From Chara braunii (Eukaryota; Plantae; Charophyceae): a stretch of 63,900 bases of DNA. Shown here in pieces: positions 1 through 13,594 of this stretch. The stretch lies in assembly GCA_003427395.1 (NCBI GenBank), contig BFEA01000042.1, positions 3,087,544-3,151,443 of the forward strand. The letters run 5' to 3'. The translations under genes were made by a program, and so were the position numbers. Position 1 is the stretch's first letter. Every line of letters starts with the position of its first letter. A model generated the notes under the pieces. It had not been told where the DNA came from. It saw only the letters and a list, made by a program, of their open reading frames with translations, and searched no databases.

Positions 1-3000
1 CATCACTGATTTGAGGCAGGTCATCCTGATGGCACTGGCCTATCACACAGGCCCATCTTAGTTCACCTCCACAGTTCCAGCATGATACATTGAACGCCAT
101 AGGAGGCCCACTCTAGCAGAGTTTTTCGAAGTATCTTTCTGCGGCAAAGTTCGAACTCTCGCCCTTTAGAAGCCGCGGAGTTGAGCAATTTATCTTTTCC
201 TCCCCAAGACTCGTCTATCTCTTGAGCTCTGAAGATGGGTTTCACCTTCTTCTTGCGGGCCGCGTATATCCTTGCCAACATCAGTACCCGCCCGCCTTCC
301 GAATCCGGAGACTGACATCCCTTGTTCCATTCGTTGCCATAGACTCAGCCCTCCTGCCGTCATGCCCGCCAAAACTTATCCTTAAAAAAAACCGTTTTCA
401 CATCTATGCCTCTCTTCCGTCCTGGCAAGACCAGACACTGTCGATGTCTTCCCCTCAACGGCTTGATAGACTCCTTTCCCTATGCTTACTGCAGAGTGCT
501 GAGTCGTGGCTACCTTCTCCGTCCAATGTCATAGAGAGATTCGCTCCTGTCCCTCGACAGCTCAAACTAGGATCCACGGCTCTTAACTTTCCTCCTGTGT
601 CTAGATATGTTTCTCGTTCATATGTTTCTCGTTCATATGTTTCTCGTTCAGACACGCTACCCAAGCGTTTAAGATGTATCCAGCCCGAATACTGACTACA
701 TCACTCTCTGGCGGTCAGGGTCATTCCATGGGAAGGACGCTGCTCTCAGCGTTCTTCGGCTCTGGCATATTCAAGATTTTCATAGATAATTTCAGCGAAG
801 TTTAGTGTCCAGTGTCCACATCCCCTCACTCCCGAGATCCCCCAACCTTCCCTATTCCTAAGGACAAGCCCACTTCTCCCTTGCTCGACTGCTGTTGCAG
901 TCGACAGCTAAGAGAACCGCCTCTCCCGCGTCGGGATATGGCGGGTAAGCCCCGCGCACAAGAAACCTAACTTAACGCACGCGCGTCACAAGTATTGAGC
1001 GCTCCGGCGCCGCCACTCGCTTCGTCCCCTGGCGCTCAGTTTCCGTTCGGCCGCAAGTTTTTTTTGCCTTTACTGTTTTTTTTGCCTTTACTTTTTTTTT
1101 TTTCTTTTTTTTTTTCTGTTTTTTTTTTAACATCGAACAGTTTCATTCCATTACCAATAATAATTGTCGAGGCCGGGGTCCTCACAGTCTACCCGGAAGA
1201 GTAACCATCTGGGAGCGTTACCCAGTTTCGCTTACAGGGAGAAGCCCTGCAGGGCACCAAACCCCTTGCACCAAACAACTAAGAACCAACAGCAAACAAC
1301 ATGAAAATGCCCTCTACTTAGGCATGAAAAACAATAACCCGGTGCCCTCGCCATCTTGGCCCTACTCTCAACTCGGGTCCTAGCGTATCTCCCTAAAGCG
1401 GGAGATTGGAACTTCAACTGTTCCTCATAGTGACGCAGCACTCTCTCCAGTCCCTCTTACTACCCACTTCTGCCCTCCTACTGCGGAGGAAGAACCGGGT
1501 GCTCAGGTACTTCGCTGGCCTCTGCCAGCCATTCATCCAACACCACTTTGTTGTTAACCACCTTAGCTAGCTTCTCTTCCAGGGCCCAGGTCCCCTGAAA
1601 CCAGGTTAATCCACCAGATCGGTGTCTGGAACTGGCGACCTTCCTTCTCCAATCGCTCAAAATTACAAGTCTGATTTGAGTCTTCACTGAGTTCTTGATT
1701 GTGACATCCGAGAGGAAACGACCTTCAAAGGCACACTTGTTCCTTACCTCTCAGATGACTGTGAACAGGCACGCTCTCAGTGCCTGGGCGACGTATCCCC
1801 AGCCTGCATGCAGAGATAAACCTTCAGGAACTCCTCCGAGAAGGATCCAGTGATCATCCCAGGGGAAAGCAGGGCCATTTATGCGGTCCCACTGACTTCT
1901 CCACCAATCCCAGATACGAGCGGATAGTGGGCAGGAGAGCCAGAGGTGGGGAGTAGATTCGAAAAACCAATTACATCTGCGACAGTGAATTGAGATCTTC
2001 AACCCTCTCTCCGTTAGCCAAACCGCCGAAGGGGTGGCTAACATGGTTAACAGCCAAAGCAGGGCCGCGGCTCTCGGCATAGGTGCCGAATGAAGCTGTT
2101 CCCAACAGCGTGTGAGGGCCCCCCCAAATCTTCTTCCTCATATGTGGTGACTTGAGACCACGTGCTGAGTGCCATCATCAACGGGGTCCGGCTGGGTTGT
2201 GTGAGGCTGTACCCCAGCGACGATGTGTAGTCTGTTAGCCATTTGGTCCGAGTGTTACTTTGGACTCCCCTCCAGGACCATAACTGGGGATTGAGTTTCA
2301 ATGTCCGAATTGGTCTGCCGTTTGCCCAGAGAGAACAGGACCAGTTCCCCTCTTCGTCGCAGCTCTCCCGGACCCTCACCTGTGCCAGATTGCCTAGTGG
2401 TCTGTCTCTCTGGTTCAGCGCTTCGTCTTCTTCCATCAGCTGTAGATGGGGGGAGCCTGCTGTTTTGCCCATGGTTCAAAGCATCTGTTTCCTTCCTCAT
2501 CGATGTTGAGTAGTTTCCAGAAGACCTCCGATTGTTCTGCTGTCTCATCCCGCTCTTCCGCTTGCTTCCTGAACCAGGTGCCTGGAGGGGGCACTCCCTG
2601 TGGGCTGAGGATCTGGTACCAGGTCTGTGGGATAGCATCCAACAACTGGGCAAATCTGCGTTCTGTCTGTCTGAACCTTCCCAGTTTTTGTTCCAGAACT
2701 GAGCATGCGCACCATTGTCCCGTAAGTGAATCCCAAATGTCCGCCACTCTCAACACCTCTTTCTATCCAGCCTCGACCGAATGATCCCCGTGTGCACCCT
2801 GCCGAGAACGGTCTTCCATCAGGGGCGAGGATTGCTGGATTATCAAACAGGGGCTGCGCGAGGACCTCCTCCCTTGTGGTGGGGGCTATCCATGTGCATG
2901 GGCCGACCTTCTTCCACTCCTGCAGAACTCCTCTCCAGAACTCAGATTTAACATGTCGCCTCAAAAATGAGTCCATCATGCAACACGTCCACACGTCACT

Positions 3001-5741
3001 GGTTCTTGGCAACTTCCAATCTTCTGCCAGCAGCTGTTCTGCAAGCAGCACCCACAGGTCTTCTGATTCGTCGCTCACTGCTCTGGTTACGCACTTAGCA
3101 AGCAGAGCATTGTTCTGTCTTCCTGGGTCCAACATGCCTAGGCCCCCCTCTGTGCGGTCGCAGCGGATGAGATCCCATGCGATCTTCGAAATAAACCCTG
3201 CTTCGGAGTTGCCATATGGCTTCCAGATAAACCTTGCCGCTGCTCTTCGGACCACTTTCAGCATATGCTTACCCAGTGCTCTAACAGTGCCTACAAACCA
3301 CAACAGTGAGAACAGAGCCACATTTGTAACTAGTGCTCTACCAAAAAGAGACAGATGTGGGGTTGGGCCCCACACTGCGATTCTGCGAACGATTTTTTGT
3401 TGAAGAAGATTGTTTTGAGCATTTGCGCACCTACTAAGTGCAACCTGAACCCCTAGGTACTGTTCTGCACTACCACTGTCTACCTGTTTCATTCCCCATT
3501 CTACTGTTATTACATACCTATCTGGTAGGAAAAATACAGACTTGTTCCAGTTTACAGCTGCCTCTGATAATGCTGCATATTCTGCCAAGCAAGATTTCAG
3601 CGCGCTGAGAGATTGAACTGAGTTTTCTGAGACTGCCATGAGGTCGTCGGCAAGGGCCTTGACCCGGCATTCCCGGTGCTGGATCGGAAGACCTCTGATT
3701 CGTGGGTGTACCCTGATGTTTGTCACTAAGACTTTTAGTTGTAGCACAAAGAGCAGGGGTGTCAGCGGGCACCCTTGCCTCAGTGACCTAGAGAGGGGAA
3801 AAGGTGCGGATATATGTCCATTGATCGAGACTGCAGCAGTTGAGAAGGTATATAGAATACGGACCCATCTGTGAAAATTAGGCCCGAAGTTCAGTTCTTT
3901 TAGCGTGGTCAGGACGTAGGTCCAATTGACTCGATCATATGCCTTCTCCAGGTCTAACAGTAGGACAGCAACATCCAGGTTCTCTTGCTGTATCCGTTCC
4001 AAGACTTCAATAGCCGTAACTATGTTATCGAAGATGGATCTGCCCTGCACAAAGGCTGCCTGATCTCTATCCACCAGTTCCGGTAGGTACCTACCCAAGC
4101 GTCTCGCGAGGAGTTTTGCTAAGATTTTGTATGACGCATTCGGCAGCGAGATGGGTCGCCAATTCCTGATGTCCGCCTTGTCTCCCTTCTTGTACATGAC
4201 AGTAATGACGCCGTGTGCCATGCCCGGGGACAGGCGACCGCCAGAGAGGATTTCGTTGAAGATTTCGACTAGGTGAGGGATGGTCTCATTACCGTGCTGT
4301 TGATACACTTCCACTGGTAGGCCATCCCTACCTGGGGCCTTACCTTTGGCCATGTGTTTTACTGTTTCCGCCACCTCTTCTGTCGAGACTGGTCTCTCAA
4401 GGTCAAGTCTGCCAGCCTGTGTGAGCCTTACTGTGATGTTGTCCCAGTGCGTTGAACCCTTTGCAAGGTTAGTATCAGGATCTTCCTCAGGTCTGCGAGA
4501 CGTGAGAATGTCCCTGAAGTAAAGCACTGCATACCTGCACATGGCCTCCGATGAGTCTGCCTGTCTGGCTTCCGGGATGAAGGGATGATGCAGCGCCTTC
4601 ATTACTTGGCACGCTCTCTTAGGTAGTAGGCGCTGAAATGATTCCTTGGTCATGCGGTCATAGACCGCTATGCCCTTCACTGTGAGTCTCTCTGCCCAGT
4701 CGTCGGACTTCTTCTGTTGGAGTTCCCTCCATTCCCTTACCAATCTGGCCCTCTCAGCAGCCCAAACTGTTGCAGTTTTCCACCCATTCCAAGTCTTCCA
4801 AAATCTTACGTTCTTCATTTCTGCTTTCTGCCGCTAATATCCTAGAGAATACACTGAGAAAGTTGGAGGCCACTGAGGTACCTACATCCCACCAATCCCC
4901 TGTCGACGGGAAGAGCCTTTTTGCTTCTGGCCATTTCCTAAAAAAAACAGTCAATCCAATCTGCGATTCCCGGATCTCTAAGGTGCTGGGCGTTCAGACG
5001 GAAGAAACCGTTTCCCCTGTTTATGATCTCTGCTAGGTGGAACGTGGCTTTAATCGGGAGGTGGTCCAATATCGGGTTATTGACAACCTCGATGTTAATG
5101 ATGGCCTCCCACCAAGCTGTACTGGATAGCAGGAAGTCTAGTCTTCTGAAGATACCGGCGGACCGCTCTACCGTTGTTGAGGAGCACCACGTGAAGCCTG
5201 GGTCTGTGGGATGCATAATCCTATATGCATCGCATACTTTCATTTCGAGCATATAGTCCGTGAGTGCGAGAACGTCCATGGGTGCAGAGAAGGGGGAGTG
5301 TAGGTCATCTATGGAACAGTTCCAGTCACCAGCAATCAGGATACTATCCACATCTGGGGTGTGGGAAATCAGGTCTTCGAAGAATACCTTGAGGTCTGAT
5401 CTGTCGTCTGGGGCGTACACGGTCATTACTGCCCACTCCACTCCATTTGCAGCTACCTTTACCCAGGCCCAGCGTCCCCACAGATCAGCCCCGTGATCCA
5501 GGATTACCACAGGCAGATCTCTATAGATGAGGATGCCTACTCCCCCTCTTGTGCCTACCGCCGGGGACCAGATCTGTGGTCCATCCCACCAAATGCCCAA
5601 ATTCTGTATCTTTTCCTCATTCTGTTTACTTTCTTGAATACAGATAATTTGTGCCCTGTGCTTGTGTATCCAAGATTTCAACTGAGCCCTTTTCCCTGTC
5701 CTCGACGTGTCTCCCAACCCCCTCAGGTTCCAAGATGCAAC

Positions 5742-6252
5742 TGTAACGGGAGTGAGGCTGAGGGTGAGCCGAGGGAGAGGAGAGAGAGAGGGAGAGAGTG
5801 AGAGAGTGAGAGCACACACACACACTCACTCACTCGACACGACGGACTCTGTCTCTTATACACATCTAGATGTGTATAAGAGACAGGACGCAGACACAGT
5901 GGCAAGGCACAAAGTCGAAGTCTTGGATTCCCAATGCCGAAACGGCAAGTCACACTGAGTACAAGTACAGCAGCAGAGAACTGGTACGAGACTGGTCCCC
6001 GTACCGTACGGGGAGCCGGTATAAGTACCGGTGACACGTACGGTACCAGGGGCATTTCTGCAAAGGCCCCGAGGGCAGAACTGAAAAATGCAGTATTTGA
6101 AAGTGGCGCCCGAATTGCAGCATGGCGCCAGTTGTCCAAAATCCTACGGTACCAAAGGAGGGGTTTGGAAAAAGGGTGCCAGGCCGAAAACGGGATGCAG
6201 CCGAAACAGCAAAAGATAGACCAGGGATCGAGCCCTGGCGAAGTCCGTAACA
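5742..6252. mobile_element. Solo-LTR-like insertion (TG...CA) in the first codons of LINE-A ORF2
   Basis: Starts TGTAACGG and ends CCGTAACA. Flanked by 5-bp direct repeat GCAAC (5737-5741, 6253-6257). Excision restores the ORF2 frame. Confidence 0.85.
5849..5886. other. Nextera mate-pair junction adapter (assembly artefact)
   Basis: Exact CTGTCTCTTATACACATCT+AGATGTGTATAAGAGACAG, i.e. head-to-head Tn5 mosaic ends. Confidence 0.99.
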
Positions 6253-6264
6253 GCAACAGTCAGT

Positions 6265-8582
6265 TTATCCATCCATCCTACCCACTTGCCTGCGTGATTG
6301 GATGTGAGGCGGGGGTCGAGCTACACTGGTTGAGTGAGACACTCTCGATCCTGCTGGCGGGGCAGAGGCTGCAGCTGAGGTCGATGGCCATTTTTGCGCC
6401 AGCAGATTCCTCAAATAAATGGAGTCCAATCGTTTGTTCCTTGGCAGTTTCTCATTTAATTTCGCCAAGAACTCTGCATCTGATACCCCCTGAACCCACA
6501 TTTGGTTGAGAGAGTCCTTGTCCTCTTCGATGAAGACGGACAGTGGGATTAGACGTAACCCATCCGCCATCAAGTTGATCAGTCTGTCTGGCGGGATGCA
6601 GGCATCCAGGATCGGGACAAAGATTTTGAGGTGCCTACTCTGCACATCCTGATAAAACCTAGGTACTGCCATGTCAGGGACTAATCTGATCGGAAAACGA
6701 TCCTCAGACAGCTCCTTAGCTGCCATTAGGATCCCTTGGGGAAGTTGGGGGGTGACTGGTTCTTCTACCGGTCTTGAAGGAAAATAAATCCAACCCTCTT
6801 CGGGCTGTCATGCGATGATATGAATGGCATTGTCTGATAGCGTGCAAATGACCGGTAACAACCATTTTTCTAGCCCCATTGGCTGTCCCTGGTCGGATGT
6901 CACCATTCTCCTGCTTCGGGATGTTTTGGATCCTGGCAGCGGCAGTGCTTGGCGGTTGCCCTCGTGATCCGAAGCCGGTGAGCTTGCTGCACTGCCGAGG
7001 GACGTGCGTGAGACCTCCCTTGTGAGACCGTCAGTCAGACGTACTTCTCTTGCTATACCTTGCCCGCATGTGGAGGCACCATTTCTGGTTGTTCTAGCCA
7101 CCTTTAAAGGTGACTGACCTCTTGAGCTCCTTGAGAAGGGAACAATTGCAGATGAGGATGCTCCATCATCTGCATTCCTTGAATCTGCGGCCTGAAGCCT
7201 GCTGTTCGCTGGTGATTATGAGAACCGGGGTCTGTATGGCAACTGTCCTCTATCCGGTCCTGGTTCTGTGCCTGGTGGCAGAGGTTTTTCCTCCTGAAGC
7301 CGTGTGACCACGTGTAACAAACCCGCCCATTGCTGATTTGCGGGGGGGGTTGGAATTACCGGGTATGGATGAGCTGGTGGACGGGGATTCAGGGTCGTGG
7401 ATTGGAAGTGAATTCTGGCTTGGTGAGTAGCAGTCAGGCGAGAATCAGCATGCGACCCTGTTCTACGTTCGACACCCGGTGAGAAAATGGGATTTGATCT
7501 AGTGTGCATAGGATTCCTCAAATCAGCCTGAGGTGGCGGTGAGTGGTACGAGCCTCCACTTTGCGCGGCTGCTGGCCTCCCAGCTAGGGGACGAAGCTTC
7601 CCCTGGTAACGGGGGGAGCCTCGGTTTTGTCTCGACCTGCCCCTCCGTGGTTAACTGTGAACAGACATCTGTTCTAGCAGATCTTCTATTACCCTGTCTG
7701 CATTCTGATTGCCCCGACTGTTCCCTGGGCGGCCGTTTCCCCTGGTGCATTCGTCAGCGGTGTGGTTGTACCATCTGCACTTCGTGCATTATGGTGTTGA
7801 TGAGGAGACTATCTTAACCTCAATCATGTCACCTTGCCTAGTCCTTTCCCAGATGCGATCTACCAGTCTCGCCCGGTAATTGGCGTCAATTTCACACTTG
7901 ATGTTGGCCAGTCTCGGGTCCGTCCCGAAACGATTCGACGGAAAATCCCGAGTGACCGGACCTATTACATAGGACAATGCCGCTTTGAAGTACACGTAGG
8001 CGTCCAAAGACACCTGCAAACCCATCACCCAGAAGGCTCTTTCCTCTTCCGCTCTGCGGAATTCCTTCCAATCTGATTTTGTCATCCACGGTTTCATCTC
8101 AAAATGATAGCATCTCCCCCTAAGTTGAACCATTCCCTCCCCCTGATTTACCATCCATTCGGCAACCACCTTATCTTTCGAGACATACGAGATCATATTC
8201 GGACCCTCAAATTAAACTCTGCCTCTGCTGACTGGGGGGTCGAAGATGTCATCTCTTCTCCATCCATTCTCGTAAGCACGAACTAAATCCTCCCTAACTT
8301 TCCTCGGGAGGTCCCTTGTTGCTTCTCTAAACAGGATTACTACTGTCCTTTCCATCAACCATCGAAGTCTCCGTCTACGGTAACTACAACCTCATTACCC
8401 TCTATTGTGACGTCTTCGAAAGGAACTTCATCGGGCATAATGCCCTCATCATAGCACATTGACAGCAGAAGCCTAACCCTGTCGTCGTATGAGTCTTCTG
8501 GGTGTTCCTGATCTCCTGGGGGGGATCGCCCACCCCCTGAAGCATTGTCCTCCATAACCAATTCAACTGCCCCATCTGCCAT
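6265..8582 (-). pseudogene. LINE-A ORF1 (RRM-like region, CCHC zinc knuckle, disordered linker, C-terminal globular domain), with stops and frameshifts
   Basis: ORF pieces 8355-8582, 7789-8196, 6808-7101, 6265-6726. Reading through the stop at 7789 gives CTKCRWYNHTADEC (CX2CX4HX4C). Lies directly upstream of ORF2. Confidence 0.85.
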
Positions 8583-10966
8583 GACTATCCACGATCTCGT
8601 TCTTGCACTGTTCTAAACGTGTCCGTTGGCCTGGGTAATTATGACCCGTGCTCAGGTTTGACGTGAGTGGCACTTGTCGGTGGTACCGCCAGGGCAGGGT
8701 CCTTAACGCAATTAGTGCTTTTGCCCGCAATTGGCCGCTTGTTTTGCTGGTCCACTGTCCTGATTGCTTACTTCCGCTTGGATCGATGCTATACTGCAGC
8801 CATACGAGAGTCCGTCCTACCCCTCGCCCAAATTACATACGTGATGAGCTATGTAACGCAGGGAAATCCAACACACCAAGCATCCGGCGGACCAGGAAAC
8901 GATAGAATGAAACAAGAGCACCAGTACCTCATCATCCTGCGCTGATTCCGACGAAATACATAACTGAAGAACGGACACAGATCGATAATGTCGGGGCGTC
9001 CGACGACGTGAAGAGAAGATGAGGCGGGTTGAACCCAAGCCCAGAACATCCACACCCCGGATCCAGCAGAACTACAACGTTGAAAGCTACGTAAACGATA
9101 ATGCTATTGCTACTGTCGTTTATGGCTGTTTCCCCCAATAGTTCTACTACGAATTGTATCACTATTTTCTCCAAACTTCACCTGGAGGGGGGGTCACTAC
9201 CCTGCTCACAATAGGCGGATGTTCTGGCACTGCATCTGGTGCTGATACTAGCACAGCCTAGATGTTACATCCTAAACCGCTTTCGCCAAGCGTGAGTGGA
9301 GCCGACTTCGATTTTACTTGATCTGTGAACCAAACTGCGGAAACAAGCATGCGATGAGAGTGAAAACTACCTCCTGGGGGAAAACAGGATCGGGACGACT
9401 CAACGACCTCGACCGCTCTCTCTACAGTGGCAATCGAACAACCATTACTGGACTGGGGATTCCTCGCCATATATTACCAAGTCATCCCTAAGCATCCAAA
9501 TCGATGGCAGGCAGTACTCGATAATCAAGCGGGGAGCTGTGAGTCCTTACCCTGTACCTCGGGTTGGAGATGGCTGGATCTCGGACCAGTGGGGTCCGCT
9601 GAAACCTGTGCGGGAAACTCCAGACGTGACCTCGTTTGGTAACTCTCGTCAGTAATCCGTGTAGCGAGTTGATTGACTGAGGTGCAATAGCTGAAGGCGG
9701 GGCTATGGCCGTCCGGTGATGAAGGGGCGTGCCGTGAAAGGTTCACGTTGCTATGGGGAAACCCTAGCAAGCCGCTTTCACCGTGGTAACTTCGTGTCAT
9801 GGCGGCATGGTACCACTTGACGGGCCGGTAGGCCGCAGCGCAAGGCTGAGCCAAGCCGGCAACGCAAATCCGCGAGCGCAAAACAGCGCCGCCGGAGGCG
9901 TTCCGCCTTTACTGTTTCAAAACATGCGTCGTCCGCCGCTTTTCTTTTATTTTGTTTTTTTTGTGTGTCCTCCCCGGTACCCATCCTCTTATCAATTCTC
10001 CTAGTGCACCCCTATCTCTACTGTCCTACCACAGTGTGAATCACTCAGGACTATCACCTTGCTATTCCAGAGGGTGACTTGGACCAGACAGCAGTTCTAT
10101 GCTCCGGGGCTAGGTCAGGCGGAGCCGTTAGCCTGGAAACCCCTCCTAGACCCGGTGGAGGAAAGTGTGGGCACGCCTCGCTACCAGGGAACATAGGCCG
10201 CCAGACTCAGGCGATAGTACTAGTACTGTACTACTGATCTCACATGCTACCCTACCCCTACGAAGTGTAACACAAACCACGCCTGATAGCCCCTACTCTA
10301 CCCCTACAAAGTGTAACACAAACCACGCCTGATAGCCCCCCCAAGCCCAGATCAAGTCCATGACACTCCTAGCAGACGCAGACACCCCCACCCTGGTGTT
10401 AGGGTTATACCCCATGACAATGTATTTGCATGTCCATCCACTATGTGTATGTGTGTAGGGGCCAGGCAAGGCCAAGCGGCTAGCCTTGAAGCCCTGGCTA
10501 GCCCCAGGGCCCAGGCTGTTACCTCACATGTGGCTGTATGTTTTGTATATGCATGATTCATCTGCTATGTGCATCTATGCAGGAGCCAAGCAAGGCCAAG
10601 TGGTTAGCCTTGAAGCCCTAACTAGCCCAGGCTGTGTAACTGCGGGCTGATTGAGCACGGGGTTGGAGCTCAATTATTGAGCTCCGCTTAATCCTGGCAG
10701 TGCGCTCAAAGTGCACTTCAGCGGTGTTTGAGCGGGTGCGGGAGGGCCTGTTCTCTGTGGTGGGGGGGGGGTAAGGCGGTCCCGAGGGGTGGAGGGTTTG
10801 GGAGGGCACCTCACAGCACTGTCCCCTGCCCCTAAGGCGCAGCCATTCCTTTTTAATTAAAAAAAAAAAAAGATGAAGGAAGGGCCTCCCTTTCAGCGCA
10901 GCAAAAAAAAGATGAAGAAAAGATGAAGAAAGGGCCTCCGTTTCAGCGCAGCGGCCGTTTTGTGCT

Positions 10967-11114
10967 TCGAGCACATAACCGCGTGGTCAAATGGGTATGC
11001 TCTTATTTGGACGCACTTGTATCCATTCGCCTGCACACGCGCGCACACACGCGAATCCATACAAGTGCGTGCAAATAAGAGCATACCCATTTGACCACGC
11101 GGTTATGTGCTCGA
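10967..11114. mobile_element. Palindromic MITE-like element
   Basis: Near-perfect ~55-60 bp inverted arms TCGAGCACATAACCGCGTGGTCAAATGGGTATGCTCTTATTTG... / ...CAAATAAGAGCATACCCATTTGACCACGCGGTTATGTGCTCGA. Confidence 0.7.
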
Positions 11115-11127
11115 GAGAGAGACTCTG

Positions 11128-11170
<43 letters not shown>

Positions 11171-11299
11171 TAGACAGATAGACAGAGAAACCCCGGACTT
11201 CCTCCACCGCCCAGCCCCCACTAGTCCCAGGCTGTAAGCTCATGTACGTACATGCGTACATGTGTCCCTAAGCTCTCTGCGCTAGAACCCCCCACCAAG

Positions 11300-11375
11300 T
11301 CCCAAGTCAGACTTGAACCCATGGCACTGCGCTTTGTAGTGAAACAGCTGTGCTCTACCTATGTGCCACCATGTC
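11300..11375 (-). mobile_element. Degenerate tRNA-derived SINE head
   Basis: Minus strand shows A-box-like TGGCACATAGG (11358-11368) followed by TAGAGC, and B-box-like GGTTCAAGTCT (11309-11319). No clean cloverleaf. Confidence 0.45.
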
Positions 11376-11506
11376 AAGTGGTACCAAATGGGTGATATGT
11401 CACACCAGGGAAGACCATCAGAACAGTCTATGGCCACGTCATCAGGCAACCCACACAAAGTCAAGACCCGGCATACAACAATCAGACTCTATCCCTTGGT
11501 GGCAGG

Positions 11507-11520
11507 TGTGTGTGTGTGTG

Positions 11521-11551
<31 letters not shown>

Positions 11552-11680
11552 TGTGTGTGTGTGTGTGCCGGGGGGGGGAGAGGGAGGGAGGACCCCTCCC
11601 CCACCAATCAATCAATCAATCAAAGGATTAATCAATCAGTCAATAAGTTATACAAAATCAATCAATCAGTCAATCAATAT
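11507..11680 (+). repeat. Dispersed repeat (GT)n-GGGAGGGAGGACCCCTCCCC-(AATC)n; inverted copy at ~49022-49212
   Basis: The same core and (AATC)n/(GATT)n tail occur at both loci in opposite orientation. Confidence 0.7.
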
Positions 11681-11970
11681 TTTTTTTAAGAGGGAAGTAC
11701 ATTCATGTCACATCAGAGTTCGTAATTGGCAAAAAAAACATGCAGGCTGCAGCAACTTTGTCATGGCCTGAGTTCAAAAAGAAGGTTGCGTAGGTACGGG
11801 TCTGTCCGCAGGTACCGGGCCGTCCCACATTTTTCCGGAGCCTGTCCCACCTGTTTTAGGCAGAGCACGGGACTGGTTACTGCGTTCATGCTCCCACAGT
11901 TCCATCGTGGCTACCCGCTTCCCTTGAGCCGGGTGAGTGCTGCCTAGGAGCCACGTGTCCAAAGGCACAG

Positions 11971-13380
<1,410 letters not shown>

Positions 13381-13594
13381 AGCGCGTTGGAGCAAGGTCA
13401 CACATCTCGCGAAGGCCTACGACGTCCCAGGGAGACAGACACCGGAGGGAGGGAGACGTGGGAGGGGCACGGTAACGGCCAGAGAAGGAGCTGGGACGGG
13501 ATGGGAAGGGCCGGCCGGGACGGCCAAGGACCGGCCTACAACGGCACGGGACGGCCTGGGACCGCGTTGGCCCTGGCGCTGTCATTAAAGCTTC

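Larger units (their letters stand above)
1232..6272 (-). pseudogene. LINE-A ORF2 (APE endonuclease + reverse transcriptase + zf-RVT-like C-terminus), frameshifted and interrupted
   Basis: APE motifs ASWNLRGL, ICIQES, IAGDWN, RLDFLL, LDHLP (4938-5741). RT motifs KAPGRDG, NWRPISL, LDLEKAYDRV, LRQGCPL, ALADDL, YLG (2545-4818). CRRC..ESTPHLWLSC near 1930-1985. Removing the insertion 5742-6257 restores the start MDKLTVASWNLRG with ATG at 6272. Confidence 0.95.
1079..9904 (-). mobile_element. Near full-length decayed L1/Tx1-clade LINE (LINE-A)
   Basis: ORF1 with CCHC knuckle, then ORF2 with APE, RT and C-terminal Cys motif. Poly(T) on + at ~1079-1128 is the poly(A) tail. Candidate 13-bp TSD GCCTTTACTGTTT at 1066-1078 and 9905-9917; the 5' boundary depends on this TSD. 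Confidence 0.85.

Noticed and set aside
1-1056. 5' part of another LINE
   Set aside because: Plausible from the layout, but no diagnostic motif inside the window; only a 15-bp x3 repeat at ~605-649 is certain.
2726-3403. 225-aa plus-strand ORF and similar antisense ORFs over LINE and gypsy genes
   Set aside because: Antisense shadows of RT coding sequence with no motifs.
5849-5886. Genuine Tn5/IS50 ends or horizontal transfer
   Set aside because: Exact synthetic mosaic ends in the head-to-head mate-pair configuration; no transposase.
9904-9913. U5 snRNA loop 1 target (CGCCTTTTAC)
   Set aside because: One T short and no flanking U5 stem.
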